A DNA stretch of 63,999 bases, filler included, from Octopus bimaculoides (taxonomy: Eukaryota): NCBI RefSeq assembly GCF_001194135.2. It is 5 parts of 5 records of this genome, joined end to end, with 100 filler letters (N's around TTAATTAATTAA, not from the genome) between each part and the next. Parts side by side here need not be neighbours in the genome. Positions count along the whole stretch, not along the records: positions 37,656 to 51,246 come from NC_068987.1; positions 51,347 to 61,247 come from NW_026408295.1; positions 61,348 to 63,999 come from NW_026303352.1; 2 more parts are not named here. One strand, 5' to 3'. Of the stretch, positions 50,582 to 62,984 are shown piece after piece. The notes under the pieces are model-generated. The model was not told the origin of the DNA, made no database searches, and saw only the letters and a list, made by a program, of their open reading frames with translations. Numbering within the stretch: position 1 is the stretch's first letter; each line of letters begins with the position of its first letter. The position numbers were made by a program, and so were the translations under genes.

Positions 50582-52319
50582 CTGCAAAGTGTGAACAGAA
50601 ATGGGACGTGTTAGTTTTTGGAGGTGTAAAGAAACACATTTTGTGAGGCCAATTCACTATAAAGCTTCTGGAAATATTAGTAATACCTATTGCCTATTGT
50701 ATACCAATTGTCAGAGTTACATTTATGGTGGTGTCCTTAACTATATTTACTTTTCAGCAATTACAAGGGAAGTAGAGCATCAAAGAGAATGTTTCTAACA
50801 TCAATGCAAAATGAAGAAAATATTAAGAGGAGACCTCCGCTGACATACTATGACGAAGTCTCCAAGATGCAGTTAAGATAGAGATTTTTATTTATTTACG
50901 GCCTCAAACATCTCATACCTTCGCGCTTTAGTTTGCCCTCTATTATTTATCTTGTTTCTCTCCATGAAATTCAATTGAATTCAGTTGTTGTCTTAAATTC
51001 ATACTTATTCATTTTCTAAGCTTCCTAAATTCATGCTACGTTATATTCTATTCACCTAGAATTCATTGCTCTTTTAAAAATTACGATTTATGCATTGTTG
51101 TCTCTCAAATATTTAAAATCTACAATTAAGAGCCCTATCTACTCGCTGGCGGTACCTACCCACCCCTACCCATTTTCCTTTATTCAAAAATTCTTATCGC
51201 TCCTTAAAATTATGGCTTTTAAGTGTTGATTTCTCAGCCCAAGAATNNNNNNNNNNNNNNNNNNNNNNNNNNNNNNNNNNNNNNNNNNNNTTAATTAATT
51301 AANNNNNNNNNNNNNNNNNNNNNNNNNNNNNNNNNNNNNNNNNNNNTTGCCCAAGGTGCCACGCAGTGGGACTGAACCCGGAACCATGTAGTTAGGGAGC
51401 AAACTTCTTACTACCCAGCCATGCCTAAGCCCAATATATAAAAATATGTGCGTGTGTGTGTATGAGTGCGTGTATGTGCCTGTATGCAAGAATGTATGTA
51501 TATGTCTGTATGTATAAGTATATATATATATATATATATATATATACGGATAAACACGCACGTGCGTGTGTGCGTGTGTGCGTGCGCGCGCGTGCATACA
51601 CACACACTCACAAATACCACGTACGCACATATGGAAGCTTTTTAAGGAAGCTTGATTCATTAACTAAGGAAAAAAGACACATGATCTTCAGTTATCCGTG
51701 TAGAATGGAAAATCTTTAGAGCCAGGAAATGTAAAGAGCAATAAATAACTGGACGACCTACTGCTGTCTTCAGAAATGGTGTAAAGTCTTGGAGGAACCT
51801 AATTTCTGAAATTTATTTATCTAATTGATTTGATTTTGTGGAAGTGAACTTTAGGAGATGTTGGTGGAAGGAAAAAGATAAGTGGTTTAGGAGACAGACA
51901 TCAGTTACGCTTCGCTGAATAAGATCCAGTAAATAGAAAATAATAAAAACCCATGTCGACTCAAGAATGTGTTGTGTTGTGTGAGTGTAAGAGCGAGTGG
52001 AACACGGGAGGTGGGGGGGGGNNNNNNNNNNNNNNNNNNNNNNNNNNNNNNNNNNNNNNNNNNNNNNNNNNNNNNNNNNNNNNNNNNNNNNNNNNNNNNN
52101 NNNNNNNNNNNNNNNNNNNNNNNNNNNNNNNNNNNNNNNNNNNNNNNNNNNNNNNNNNNNNNNNNNNNNNNNNNNNNNNNNNNNNNNNNNNNNNNNNNNN
52201 NNNNNNNNNNNNNNNNNNNNNNNNNNNNNNNNNNNNNNNNNNNNNNNNNNNNNNNNNNNNNNCGCATATGAGTACATCTCAGTCTTCCTTTGTGTGCGTG
52301 TGTATATTATATATATACA

Positions 52320-52392
<73 letters not shown>

Positions 52393-52943
52393 ATATACAT
52401 ACACACATATATAACATATATAAATATATAATATTTATATATGTATATATATATATATATTTGTTTGAATATACGTATGTATGTGTGTATGTGTGTGTGA
52501 GTATGTATATGAGTGCATGTGCGTATGTATGAGTGCACGCGTGTGTATGTACGCGCGCGCGATCACCGTGTGTGCGCGTGTGTGTCTGTGTGTGTTTATA
52601 TTAAAATAAATATAAATAAATAAGATCAAGCAACAGAAGCGAAAGACAAAAACAATTCTATATTCACCATTACCTATTGAACCACTCTTACTCTTCGTCC
52701 GCCTGCTCACCACCCACCCCCTATACATACCCACCACACCCAATACTCATTCATTCATTCATTCATTCATTCATTCATTCATTCATTCATAGTCATAAAA
52801 CAGATATGAACCTATTAGGGAAAAAGAAAAGATTGAAAGAAAGAAAAGAAGAAAGAAAGAATGAAAGAAAGAAAGAAAATAATAAGCAAACAAAAAAGCT
52901 AAAAGAAAACAAATTAAGAAAAAACACGCATACTGAATAAAAC

Positions 52944-52981
<38 letters not shown>

Positions 52982-53049
52982 AGCATATATGTATGTATGT
53001 GTAATAATAATAATAAATGATGATATTGATGATGATGATGATGATGATA

Positions 53050-53240
53050 GTAATAAACTGCCGGACGATATTACGATCTAAACCGTATTCATAAGCTAAA
53101 CCGCCATGTTGTAAGTAGCAACGGGTACATAGCTACATACTCATCGTCCTAGAACACTGTAAAACACTCAAATGTATTAGCAGCGAACGGAAGTTGTTCG
53201 ATTCTGTTTCCGCTCCGTTTGGGAACGCCACCACCTTATT
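53050..53240. promoter_or_regulatory. Candidate promoter-like island upstream of the last confident EXD1 exon
   Basis: CCGCCATGTT at 53101-53110, a CGGAAGT ETS-like motif and local CpG enrichment. Confidence 0.25.
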
Positions 53241-53625
53241 GAAGCTTAACATGTGCTAAAAAGAAAATCTGACAAAGAATTTTTTGTTTTTGTTTTCGAT
53301 TTTTTTAAAGAAGGAGCGGGGGAGGGGACATTTTTTCTTTTTGTTTTTTTTACTGAGTTGACAGGACTACTTTATTTTTTTTCCTTTATCATTTTCGTTT
53401 CCTTTTTTTTATTTTAATTTATTTTAAGTGTTTTTGCTCTTATTGCTTTCTTCTTTTTGTTTTTGTTTGTTTTAACTCACCAATCCTATACATAGGTGCA
53501 TTCTAAGAATCGTGATGGTGGTGGTTATTGCAGTGGCGGTGCTCGTAGTGGTGGTGCTGGTAATGTTAGAGTAAGTCTTGGTAATGATACAAGCAATTGT
53601 GGATTATTGACTGTCAAAAACACAC

Positions 53626-53627
<2 letters not shown>

Positions 53628-53706
<79 letters not shown>

Positions 53707-53707
53707 C
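53628..53707. repeat. (TTA)n microsatellite
   Basis: Uninterrupted run; similar runs lie at 28220-28297 and 30014-30062. Confidence 0.95.
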
Positions 53708-53905
53708 ATACTCCCGTTTAAATCGATAGATGTGTACGAGGAGAAAAAAGTGACCATTTGAGTCGTGCTTGTCTTGAATTATTCGATTGCATTGTAGGAT
53801 TTTGAAATACTTCGATGCATTGGCGTATGTACATATCAATACATAAATACGTAATCAGTACATACAAAAATGCACGCATACTTACATACATATATGCACA
53901 TATAT

Positions 53906-53937
<32 letters not shown>

Positions 53938-53954
53938 ACACTCACACACAACGC

Positions 53955-53989
<35 letters not shown>

Positions 53990-54419
53990 CAGAGAGAGAG
54001 AGACAGAGAGAGAAAGAATATTAAATCTCTGAGCGAGAAGTAAACAGTAGCAGTATGGAATCGTAAAATATGATTGACAACTAAATGTGGCGCTGTCATA
54101 GAGGACGATGCTACTGTTGTTTTTAGCCGCAGGAGGACACGACCTCCAGCATGCTAATGACACACTGCCTGTGTCTGATTAGTATTTGGGAGGGGAAATC
54201 ATCGTTCCCATCTCCAGCCTTACGTGATACACACAGAGCCGGTTTTCTGGGTAGTAACCCGTCATCAGTTTGTGATAATCATGAGCTAGTTATGACAACT
54301 CATTCCACACACAAAATACTCTATGATTTTTACCAGTGACAAACTGTCGCTGATCTCGAAAAGGGAAAAACAAACAATAATAAATGTCTGAGCGAGATAT
54401 AAATAGTAGCCATAAGGAA

Positions 54420-54563
54420 ATCGTAAAACATAATTGCCAACTAAATGTGGCGGTCCTATAGATGTCGATGCTACTGTTGTGTTTAGTCTTCTTGGGACTA
54501 AAAAACAACAGTAGCCTCGTCCACTATGGGACTGCCACATTTAGTTGGCAATTATATTTTACG

Positions 54564-54565
<2 letters not shown>
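54420..54565. repeat. Fold-back palindrome with arms of about 69 bp and a 7-nt loop
   Basis: 54420-54488 is the reverse complement of 54496-54565 with scattered mismatches. The left arm and its leader are also duplicated at about 54023-54126. Confidence 0.9.
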
Positions 54566-54607
<42 letters not shown>

Positions 54608-54635
54608 ACACAATATATATGTATATATTTGTTTT

Positions 54636-55400
54636 CTTTTGCTTGTTTCATTTATTAGACAGCAGCCATGCTAGCGCACTCGGAGAATTTTACTTGAGTG
54701 AATCGACCCTAGTGATTTTCTTAAGCCTGGTACTTATTCTATCGTTTTCTTTTGACGAACTGCTGCGTTACGGAGACTTAAACACACCAAAACCGGTTGT
54801 CAAGAAATGGAGGAGAACAAACACACACACACATACCCAGATACAAGGAATCAGACATATATATATATGAGACGGGATTTATTCAGTTTCCGTCTAAATC
54901 CATTCGCAAGGTTTTGGTCAGTCAGAGATCATAGTAGAAGACACTTATCCAAGGTGCAACGCAATGGAAATAAACTCGGACCCATGTGGTTCGGAAGCAA
55001 GCATGTAACCACACACATGTGTGTATGTGTTTTACCCTTTTTTGCCTCTTTTAGTGGTTGAACTGCGGTCATAGCAGGTCAGCGCCCTGAAAGTTTTAAC
55101 TGATCGAACCAACGCTTGCACTTATTTTAAAAGCCTGGTTCTTATTCTATTGATCACTTTTTGCCGAACCGCCGATTACTGGGTGTTAGGTAATCACCAT
55201 CGGTTGTCATGTGATGGTAGAGGAAATCTCAAACAGAAAAGTCTCAGTGAAATTTTGTTTCTATTAGACTGCGGTCATACTGTGGCATCACTTTGAAGAA
55301 TTTTAGTCGAATGAATCGATCCCAATTCTTATTTCATTCTATAAAGCCTGATACTTATTCTATCAGTAACTGTTGCCAAACCGCTAATTTACGAAAGCGT
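54636..55400 (-). mobile_element. SINE family A, full copy plus two extra diverged 3' halves
   Basis: Head half at 54868-55015 and tail half at 54636-54830. The tail half recurs at about 55030-55215 and 55250-55400. Confidence 0.75.
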
Positions 55401-55861
55401 AATCACAAACACTCACATACACACTGTCTCTCATACATACACGCACACACATGCACACATAACACACACACATATATATATGTATATGTATACATGCATG
55501 AATACATGCATGCATGCATGCATAAATGCTTACATGCATGCATATATACGTACATATATAGTTACACGCACACATGCATACATAGATGCATGCATGCATA
55601 TACACATACATATATACACACACGTACATACTACATACGTATATAGTATGTATATATATATATANNNNNNNNNNNNNNNNNNNNNNNNNNNNNNNNNNNN
55701 NNNNNNNNNNNNNNNNNNNNNNNNNNNNNNNNNNNNNNNNNNNNNNNNNNNNNNNNNNNNNNNNNNNNNNNNNNNNNNNNNNNNNNNNNNNNNNNNNNNN
55801 NNNNNNNNNNNNNNNNNNNNNNNNNNNNNNNNNNNNNNNNNNNNNNNNNNNNNATTAAGAA

Positions 55862-56690
55862 ATGTAGTCAAACACAAGTGTTATTCAAATCAATTATACT
55901 TCCAACATATGTTTCGAAGAAAGCATTAAAATTATTCCTGAGAGAATAAAAATGATGTAAAACAATGCAATCATCTCATCGGGGAAAAAAAGAGGGAAAA
56001 AACACATCAATAAGCCATTTTAACCGAATGTGATTACCGCGTATATGATGCGCAAGTTATTTTTAACAAAATCCGTTTATAGGTTTAACGTCCAAGGTAA
56101 TTTAGAGAAAGAGAAAGAGGAGAAAGAAAGAAATTAACAGAAAATTAAGAGTGGAAAAATATAGTATGAGAGATGAATAAGAATAAAGTTTAAAAGCGTG
56201 AAAATAGATACATGTAGTAGAAATGAAATGTAAGAAAACAGTTAAAGGTCGAATCTTGTAGATTGACTTATAGGAACTGAAGGAAAGTTTTTGCCAATGT
56301 TCACAACGATAAACGCGTTCTTTAAACGTGTTTACAAGAATATTCTCCGAGGAAAGGATAAGAAATTGTACTTCGTTACGGAGCGAACCAAAAGATTTAC
56401 CTTTGTCATATTTTCTGTTAATTTCTTTCTTTCTCCCCCTTCTCTTTCTGACATTAAATCTACAAACGTTTTTTTTTTAAATAACTTGCCAGCGTTCCCC
56501 TTCATCATACACGCGATAATCATATTCGGTTAAAATGGCTTATTGATGTGGTTTGTTTCTCTTTTTTGCCCTGACGAGACGATTGCAATTTTTTAGATCA
56601 TTTTTATTCCTTCAGGAATAATCGCAATGTCTTCTTAAAAACATATGTTGGAAGTATAAATGATTTGAATAACATCTGCGTTCGACTCCA
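55862..56690. repeat. Long inverted repeat with arms of about 285 bp and a spacer of about 260 bp
   Basis: About 55862-56145 is reverse-complementary to about 56408-56690, with long shared blocks such as cacatcaataagccattttaaccgaat and tatacttccaacatatgttt. Confidence 0.85.
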
Positions 56691-57562
56691 TCTCTTAATT
56701 TAGTCATGTTATTTAAAAACATTTCACTAAACTATTGAATTTCTACCTCTATAAATAGGGTGTAATATCCTTGGTACTCATGTGAATTTTTGCTTCCATG
56801 GTAACTATTTATATTATTTCCGTGTTATTTGGACACATAGAAAAAATACAGACATTTATGTATAAATATATATGGGAAAATTCACGAAAAAACAATAGAC
56901 GAAGACAGGTGATGTAAACAACAAATGGATATATTAGTATAACGCTCGGGAATAGAGAAAGTCTTTAACGTTTCGAGCCTACGCTCTTCAACAGAATGGA
57001 ACAAAGAAAGAAACAAGGAGAGAATATATATATGTGTAGTGGTCAGCGATCTATCATGGCGAATGCATATATGTGTATGTGTGTGTGTGTATGTGTGTGC
57101 ATGTATATGTGCATGTGTATGTATATGTATATGTGTATATGTGTGTGTGTGTATATACAACGTGATTCTTTCCGCTTCTGTCTACCAATATTTACTCACG
57201 GTGTTTTAGTAAACCCGGTGCTAAAGAGGACACTTGTCCTATATGCAGTGAGGATGAACGTGGAGCCAGTCGGTTGGGATACACTCCTTATCACACAGCC
57301 AGCCTGCGCATATTTATTTATTTACTTATTTATTCGTTTGTTCTTTTTTTTTTATTGTTCGTCGGCTGAAGTTACAGAGTGATTCGAGGGTCTAGAGTTT
57401 TGTGTATTGGCACTATCATGTGCCTAGACACAACAAACTGTGGTCCATTTTTACCCATTCTTAATAGTTACATGTATCAACTCGTCTTTTGAATTCTATT
57501 TTACTGTTTATGTTACACACACACACACACACACACAAACACACACACTCCCACTCTCTGTT

Positions 57563-57625
<63 letters not shown>

Positions 57626-58389
57626 TTCTNNNNNNNNNNNNNNNNNNNNNNNNNNNNNNNNNNNNNNNNNNNNNNNNNNNNNNNNNNNNNNNNNNNNNNN
57701 NNNNNNNNNNNNNNNNNNNNNNNNNNNNNNNNNNNNNNNNNNNNNNNNNNNNNNNNNNNNNNNNNNNNNNNNNNNNNNNNNNNNNNNNNNNNNNNNNNNN
57801 NNNNNNNNNNNNNNNNNNNNNNNNNNNNNNNNNNNNNNNNNNNNNNNNNNNNNNNNNNNNNNNNNNNNNNNNNNNNNNNNNNNNNNNNNNNNNNNNNNNN
57901 NNNNNNNNNNNNNNNNNNNNNNNNNNNNNNNNNNNNNNNNNNNNNNNNNNNNNNNNNNNNNNNNNNNNNNNNNNNNNNNNNNNNNNNNNNNNNNNNNNNN
58001 NNNNNNNNNNNNNNNNNNNNNNNNNNNNNNNNNNNNNNNNNNNNNNNNNNNNNNNNNNNNNNNNNNNNNNNNNNNNNNNNNNNNNNNNNNNNNNNNNNNN
58101 NNNNNNNNNNNNNNNNNNNNNNNNNNNNNNNNNNNNNNNNNNNNNNNNNNNNNNNNNNNNNNNNNNNNNNNNNNNNNNNNNNNNNNNNNNNNNNNNNNNN
58201 NNNNNNNNNNNNNNNNNNNNNNNNNNNNNNNNNNNNNNNNNNNNNNNNNNNNNNNNNNNNNNNNNNNNNNNNNNNNNNNNNNNNNNNNNNNNNNNNNNNN
58301 NNNNNNNNNNNNNNNNNNNNNNNNNNNNNNNNNNNNNNNNNNNNNNNNNNNNNNNNNNNNNNNNNNNNNNNNNNNNNNNNNNNNNNNNN

Positions 58390-58444
<55 letters not shown>

Positions 58445-58878
58445 CTCTCTCAATGAATATATATTTGTATGGTCGGAACAAAGTATGAATGGACTCGGAA
58501 ATATATAAACCATTCATAAACGTGTTTGCAAATTCAAAACCCAAAATACACCTTTAGTTCCATGCAGGTTATATTTGGAGCGACAAGATACATACTCACC
58601 TGAGGGGAGCAAGGGATGTCTACACTTGGATTCTTGGGAGAGAATGCAAATCCTTAATTCATACACTACAAATGACCTTAAGACTTAAAGTCTGAGGAAA
58701 CTTTCTTTCACCAAGTCTGTGGCCGGTCAAAATTTAGCCAAAATTATATACAGAAAGTGAACATACATACGTACATATATGAAAACATACATATATACAA
58801 ACATACATACATACATACACACACAAATACATACATACATGCATACATACATACAAACATGCATACATGCACGAATAC

Positions 58879-58944
58879 CTAGATGATGTTGATAAAAGTT
58901 CCAATGAAGGAGCCTTGAATCTATGTTGGAGTCCGACTCTTTCT
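58879..58944 (-). CDS. Candidate further upstream exon of the EXD1-like gene (ERVGLQHRFKAPSLELLSTSS)
   Basis: Strong acceptor tttcatttctgtatttcttgtccatag and weaker donor gtattc; 66 nt, open in phase 2-2 and compatible with the 50581 exon. No homology support. Confidence 0.3.
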
Positions 58945-59181
58945 CTATGGACAAGAAATACAGAAATGAAACTGATTGATATACATACATATACTCACAT
59001 ACAGACATATATACACACGCATACATACATACAAACATTCATACATATATACATACATACACGCACACACATACATATATATACATATATACATACATAA
59101 ATACATACATAAATACATACATACATACAAACATGCATACATGCGTACATACATACACACATACATACACACATACATACA

Positions 59182-59215
<34 letters not shown>

Positions 59216-59546
59216 CATACATACATACATACATAGACACTTGGATGTAATTCTTTCCAATATTTTACCACTCTGAGCCTTCGAACTGAAGCCATGTGAT
59301 TGCGAAAGAGAACTAAAGTCCAAAGTCATCCAGTCCCGGGGGACACAGAACATGCATTGGTGATGCAGGCTGATTGTATAAATGTAGCTTAGCCAATTCC
59401 ATCAACTCATGTTCTTGGTTTGGTATTCACATTATAAAGTTCGAATATTAGAGAGCTAAGAATATTTTAACAGAATATTACTTTAAATGACGAAAATATA
59501 TACCACGTAAGGAATCATTATCAATGCAAAAAACAACAGCAATATC

Positions 59547-59579
<33 letters not shown>

Positions 59580-59580
59580 G

Positions 59581-59617
<37 letters not shown>

Positions 59618-59724
59618 NNNNNNNNNNNNNNNNNNNNNNNNNNNNNNNNNNNNNNNNNNNNNNNNNNNNNNNNNNNNNNNNNNNNNNNNNNNNNNNNNNN
59701 NNNNNNNNNNNNNNNNNNNNNNNN

Positions 59725-59778
<54 letters not shown>

Positions 59779-60781
59779 TGTGTACACGAGTGTGTAATGC
59801 TATGGAAGTAAGTAAAGTTTTCAGAGACATATTTTGATCCTTGTTTCCAAAAAGACACTATTGTGCAAAGGTTTAAATTACCAGCTAGTCCGCATTAGAC
59901 TCTCTATATTAAGACAGAATTTCCAATGTTGTAGGATTTATTGAATATAAGAGCCATATTTATTTTATTTCGAAATATTATTAATGATACCATGTTATCT
60001 TTTATTCCTGATAATAAGTGCAACAACATTTCTATGTTCCACTTTAATATAAATTGACATCACAATCGAAAGTTCAACTCTTGATAGTTGTACTATTCTT
60101 ACCAAGATAACAAGCTATAAACTACCATACGATTTTAAGTCGAAAATCTGGTCATTGGTCTTGAATCATATCTTTGCTATTATATTAAACACTCAGAACT
60201 CCAAATTTAGTCAAAATATTTTTTTCTAATCTTCATTTTTTTTCATTCAATAGGTGGTACTTGCAAACAACTATCTGTAGATGCCTTCTTCGTTTCTATT
60301 TCTCCAGCTACTTCAGATGCAAAGATATCAAAAGTTGTCAAAGTTATAACAAAATGGTTTTGCTATGCAATGATGCAAAACAGGAACCTTTTGTGCTTAC
60401 GACACACTTGCATAATAGCAACAAACACACATATATACACACACTGGAAAACAACACAAGCATGTATACACATTCTCGCACTCAGACTCGTATCTAAATG
60501 AAAAACAACTCATAATCGTATACACAGAAATACGAATATGTATACATGTATACATACACACGCATATCTGAGAGAATACACGTGAGCTAATTTTAATATC
60601 AAAAACACTATTATAAAAAAATAATACAATACCCGTCATGCTCGAAATTACTATATATCAACTTTTAAAAGGGTAATAACACTTGAGTACAAAAAAATAA
60701 CAATAATTTCACAGGCTACTTAGAAGGAAGTCGAACTTGGAATTATAAATATCCTACAACTCTACGACATACATACATACA

Positions 60782-60815
<34 letters not shown>

Positions 60816-60984
60816 CATACATACATACATACATATATGCATACATACATATATATGACCTGACGTCATAGTAGGCCACCATCTTGAAATTATACACAGA
60901 GTCGCTGTAATATCACCGATAGAATACAATATCGCAAAGACATAATCGAAAGAGACCGCCTCTTTGTGATGTTGTTTATACTTT

Positions 60985-61247
60985 CTGTAAACCCATTCTC
61001 ATTCACTTTAAGGAGGTCTGAAGGATATCTCACTGGTTAACAAGGAAATAGAAATACCAAAATACACACTGCTTCTTTCTGGATGACTTGAAACTTTAAA
61101 TAAAGGATATGCATGAGATGAAAATGTCTTCCAGATATTGTCTTCCCATGAAGCATAATAGGGAGGCCGAAACAGTCCGGAAGAGAATTACAAAGAAAAC
61201 ACCCACAAAGATCGCCGAATTGAGATCGATAGTTGAAAAGATTATAT
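60985..61247 (+). mobile_element. Short degenerate R4-like RT relic
   Basis: NPFSFTLRRSEGY and THCFFLDDLKL resemble the xHxxF/YxDDLKL catalytic block of RLE elements. Confidence 0.45.
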
Positions 61248-62223
61248 NNNNNNNNNNNNNNNNNNNNNNNNNNNNNNNNNNNNNNNNNNNNTTAATTAAT
61301 TAANNNNNNNNNNNNNNNNNNNNNNNNNNNNNNNNNNNNNNNNNNNNAATAAGTCATGGGGTCGATTTGCTCGACTAAAGGCGGTGCTCCAACATGGACG
61401 CAATCAAATGAGTGAAAAAGTAAAAGAGTAAGTAAATGTAAATTTACCTTTTATGTCGTTCATTCCTAATGAAATACATCTGGTAGATTCTGTTTTAAGC
61501 ATTCATTATTTTCTTATCGCATGCTAATTTGAAATTCTCTTTTCTTTTCCCCTATCGTCTGCCGGTGATTGTGATACAGATTTTTGAGGAGGATCGCTTT
61601 TTGTTCACAAATTTATGATGTTATATAATAAACATTTTGTACCTGGAAGTTCTCTATTTACGAAGTAACTCGCATGAACTATTACAATCTCCTCCCCACC
61701 CTTTTCTTCTTATTGAAACACTGATGACCATCCTTAATTCAATTTCAATATGTAGACGGATATTTTCAGCTGAGCTGGCGATTAGCTCGGTAAAAGAAAG
61801 ATGGACTAAAACAAGCTTAGAGAATGGAATTATAGAATTAACACTTTTAAAATGTATAGTTCAAGTGAATCTTAGTGACAATATCTGATAGAGTAACACA
61901 GGCGCACACACTCACATAAACAAACACACACAAGCCTATAGAGATGCGCGCACACATCGCACAAAATGCAACATTATCTGGGATACAGTGTCGTAAATCA
62001 TTGCGTAAAATTATATATATGCTAGGTTCATTCATTAGAAAATATTTTCGAAACTTATAAATAACGACAAATTCCGCATCTATAAACAATTCCTAACTAG
62101 AGTAGGGATCGGCGACTAACAAAATGCAGTTGTAATCTAAGGAAACTAGCTCAATTAATAAAGGACAAAGAGAGCGTGTTTCACTCCTGAAAACGTGAAG
62201 TTGTTAGAAATAATTACATTAAT

Positions 62224-62668
62224 TAAATCCACCCCTAGGGGTCAGCCACACTTAAGTGACAATATACTTCACTTTATCGTGCAGTTACTGTTAATACTTC
62301 ATTTAGAGAATTAACATTGCTTGTTTTCACCTTTTCGATATCAGTGAAGAATTTCACTGGAAAAGTATACATAAGATTGCCAAGAATTTATCTCTCTCAT
62401 CAAAGATCGGTGGCTATCGGACGCTGACGAAGGGAAATAACCCTGAAACCCGGGTCCGTTCGTGCTACAGATCATGATGGGAGGGATAACTTCCCTTGGC
62501 AAACAGGACACAGTGGTGTGTCGATAAGCCAGCTGGAGGAGATGTCCTCCCGGGGCTAAAAGCAACAGTAACATCCAGCCCTAGGGGTCAGCCACACTTA
62601 AGTGGCAATATACTTCACTTTATCGTGCAGTTACTGTTAATACTTCATTTAGAGAATTAACATTGCTT
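62224..62668 (+). mobile_element. Retrozyme-like non-autonomous retroelement: 346-bp monomer plus 96-bp terminal direct repeat
   Basis: 62227-62322 repeats at 62573-62668 (offset 346, 2 mismatches). The flanks carry the TSD aattacattaat (62212-62223 and 62669-62680). It has an internal hammerhead and no coding capacity. Confidence 0.85.
62410..62468 (+). ncRNA. Type I hammerhead ribozyme, predicted cleavage after GUC (C62456)
   Basis: Core CUGACGA 62424-62430. Stem II is aggg/ccct with loop aaauaa, followed by GAAAC 62445-62449 and GUC 62454-62456. Stem I pairs cggacg/cguucg, plus a further 5 bp beyond an internal loop. All conserved core nucleotides are present. Confidence 0.9.
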
Positions 62669-62984
62669 AATTACATTAATGTTTTTCCTAAAAACAACAT
62701 CGTACTGTTTCTGTACAGCACGATGCAGATGTATTGCATGAGAATGTCTTTAAAATATATCATAATTTCCTCGTTTTGCATCATTTTTACATTATTTATC
62801 CTGACGTTATAGTCTGGCTCTAAGATTTTTTGAATTATTATCCAGTTTATTTTTGGATGTTAATAAATTTGAATATTTCAATGCCTTCTTGTATTGGATG
62901 TGATCACAGCATTAGACGGAAAGAACACAACATAGCACGGTATGTAAAAAATGCCACAGAACAGCTATTATTCAAGTAAGAATG

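Noticed and set aside
58600-58665. Possible minus-strand exon with a CAG|GTGAGT donor
   Set aside because: The only open reading is phase 1-1, which is incompatible with the phase-2 EXD1 exon at 50581. It might be non-coding, but is unsupported.
61637-61888. 83-aa plus-strand ORF in unique sequence
   Set aside because: It has a TTG start, no motif and no clear splice signals, and its length is compatible with chance.
37877-62680. Functional link between the piRNA gene EXD1 and the neighbouring retrozyme or TEs
   Set aside because: TE density is high across the whole window, so co-location is not evidence of a system.
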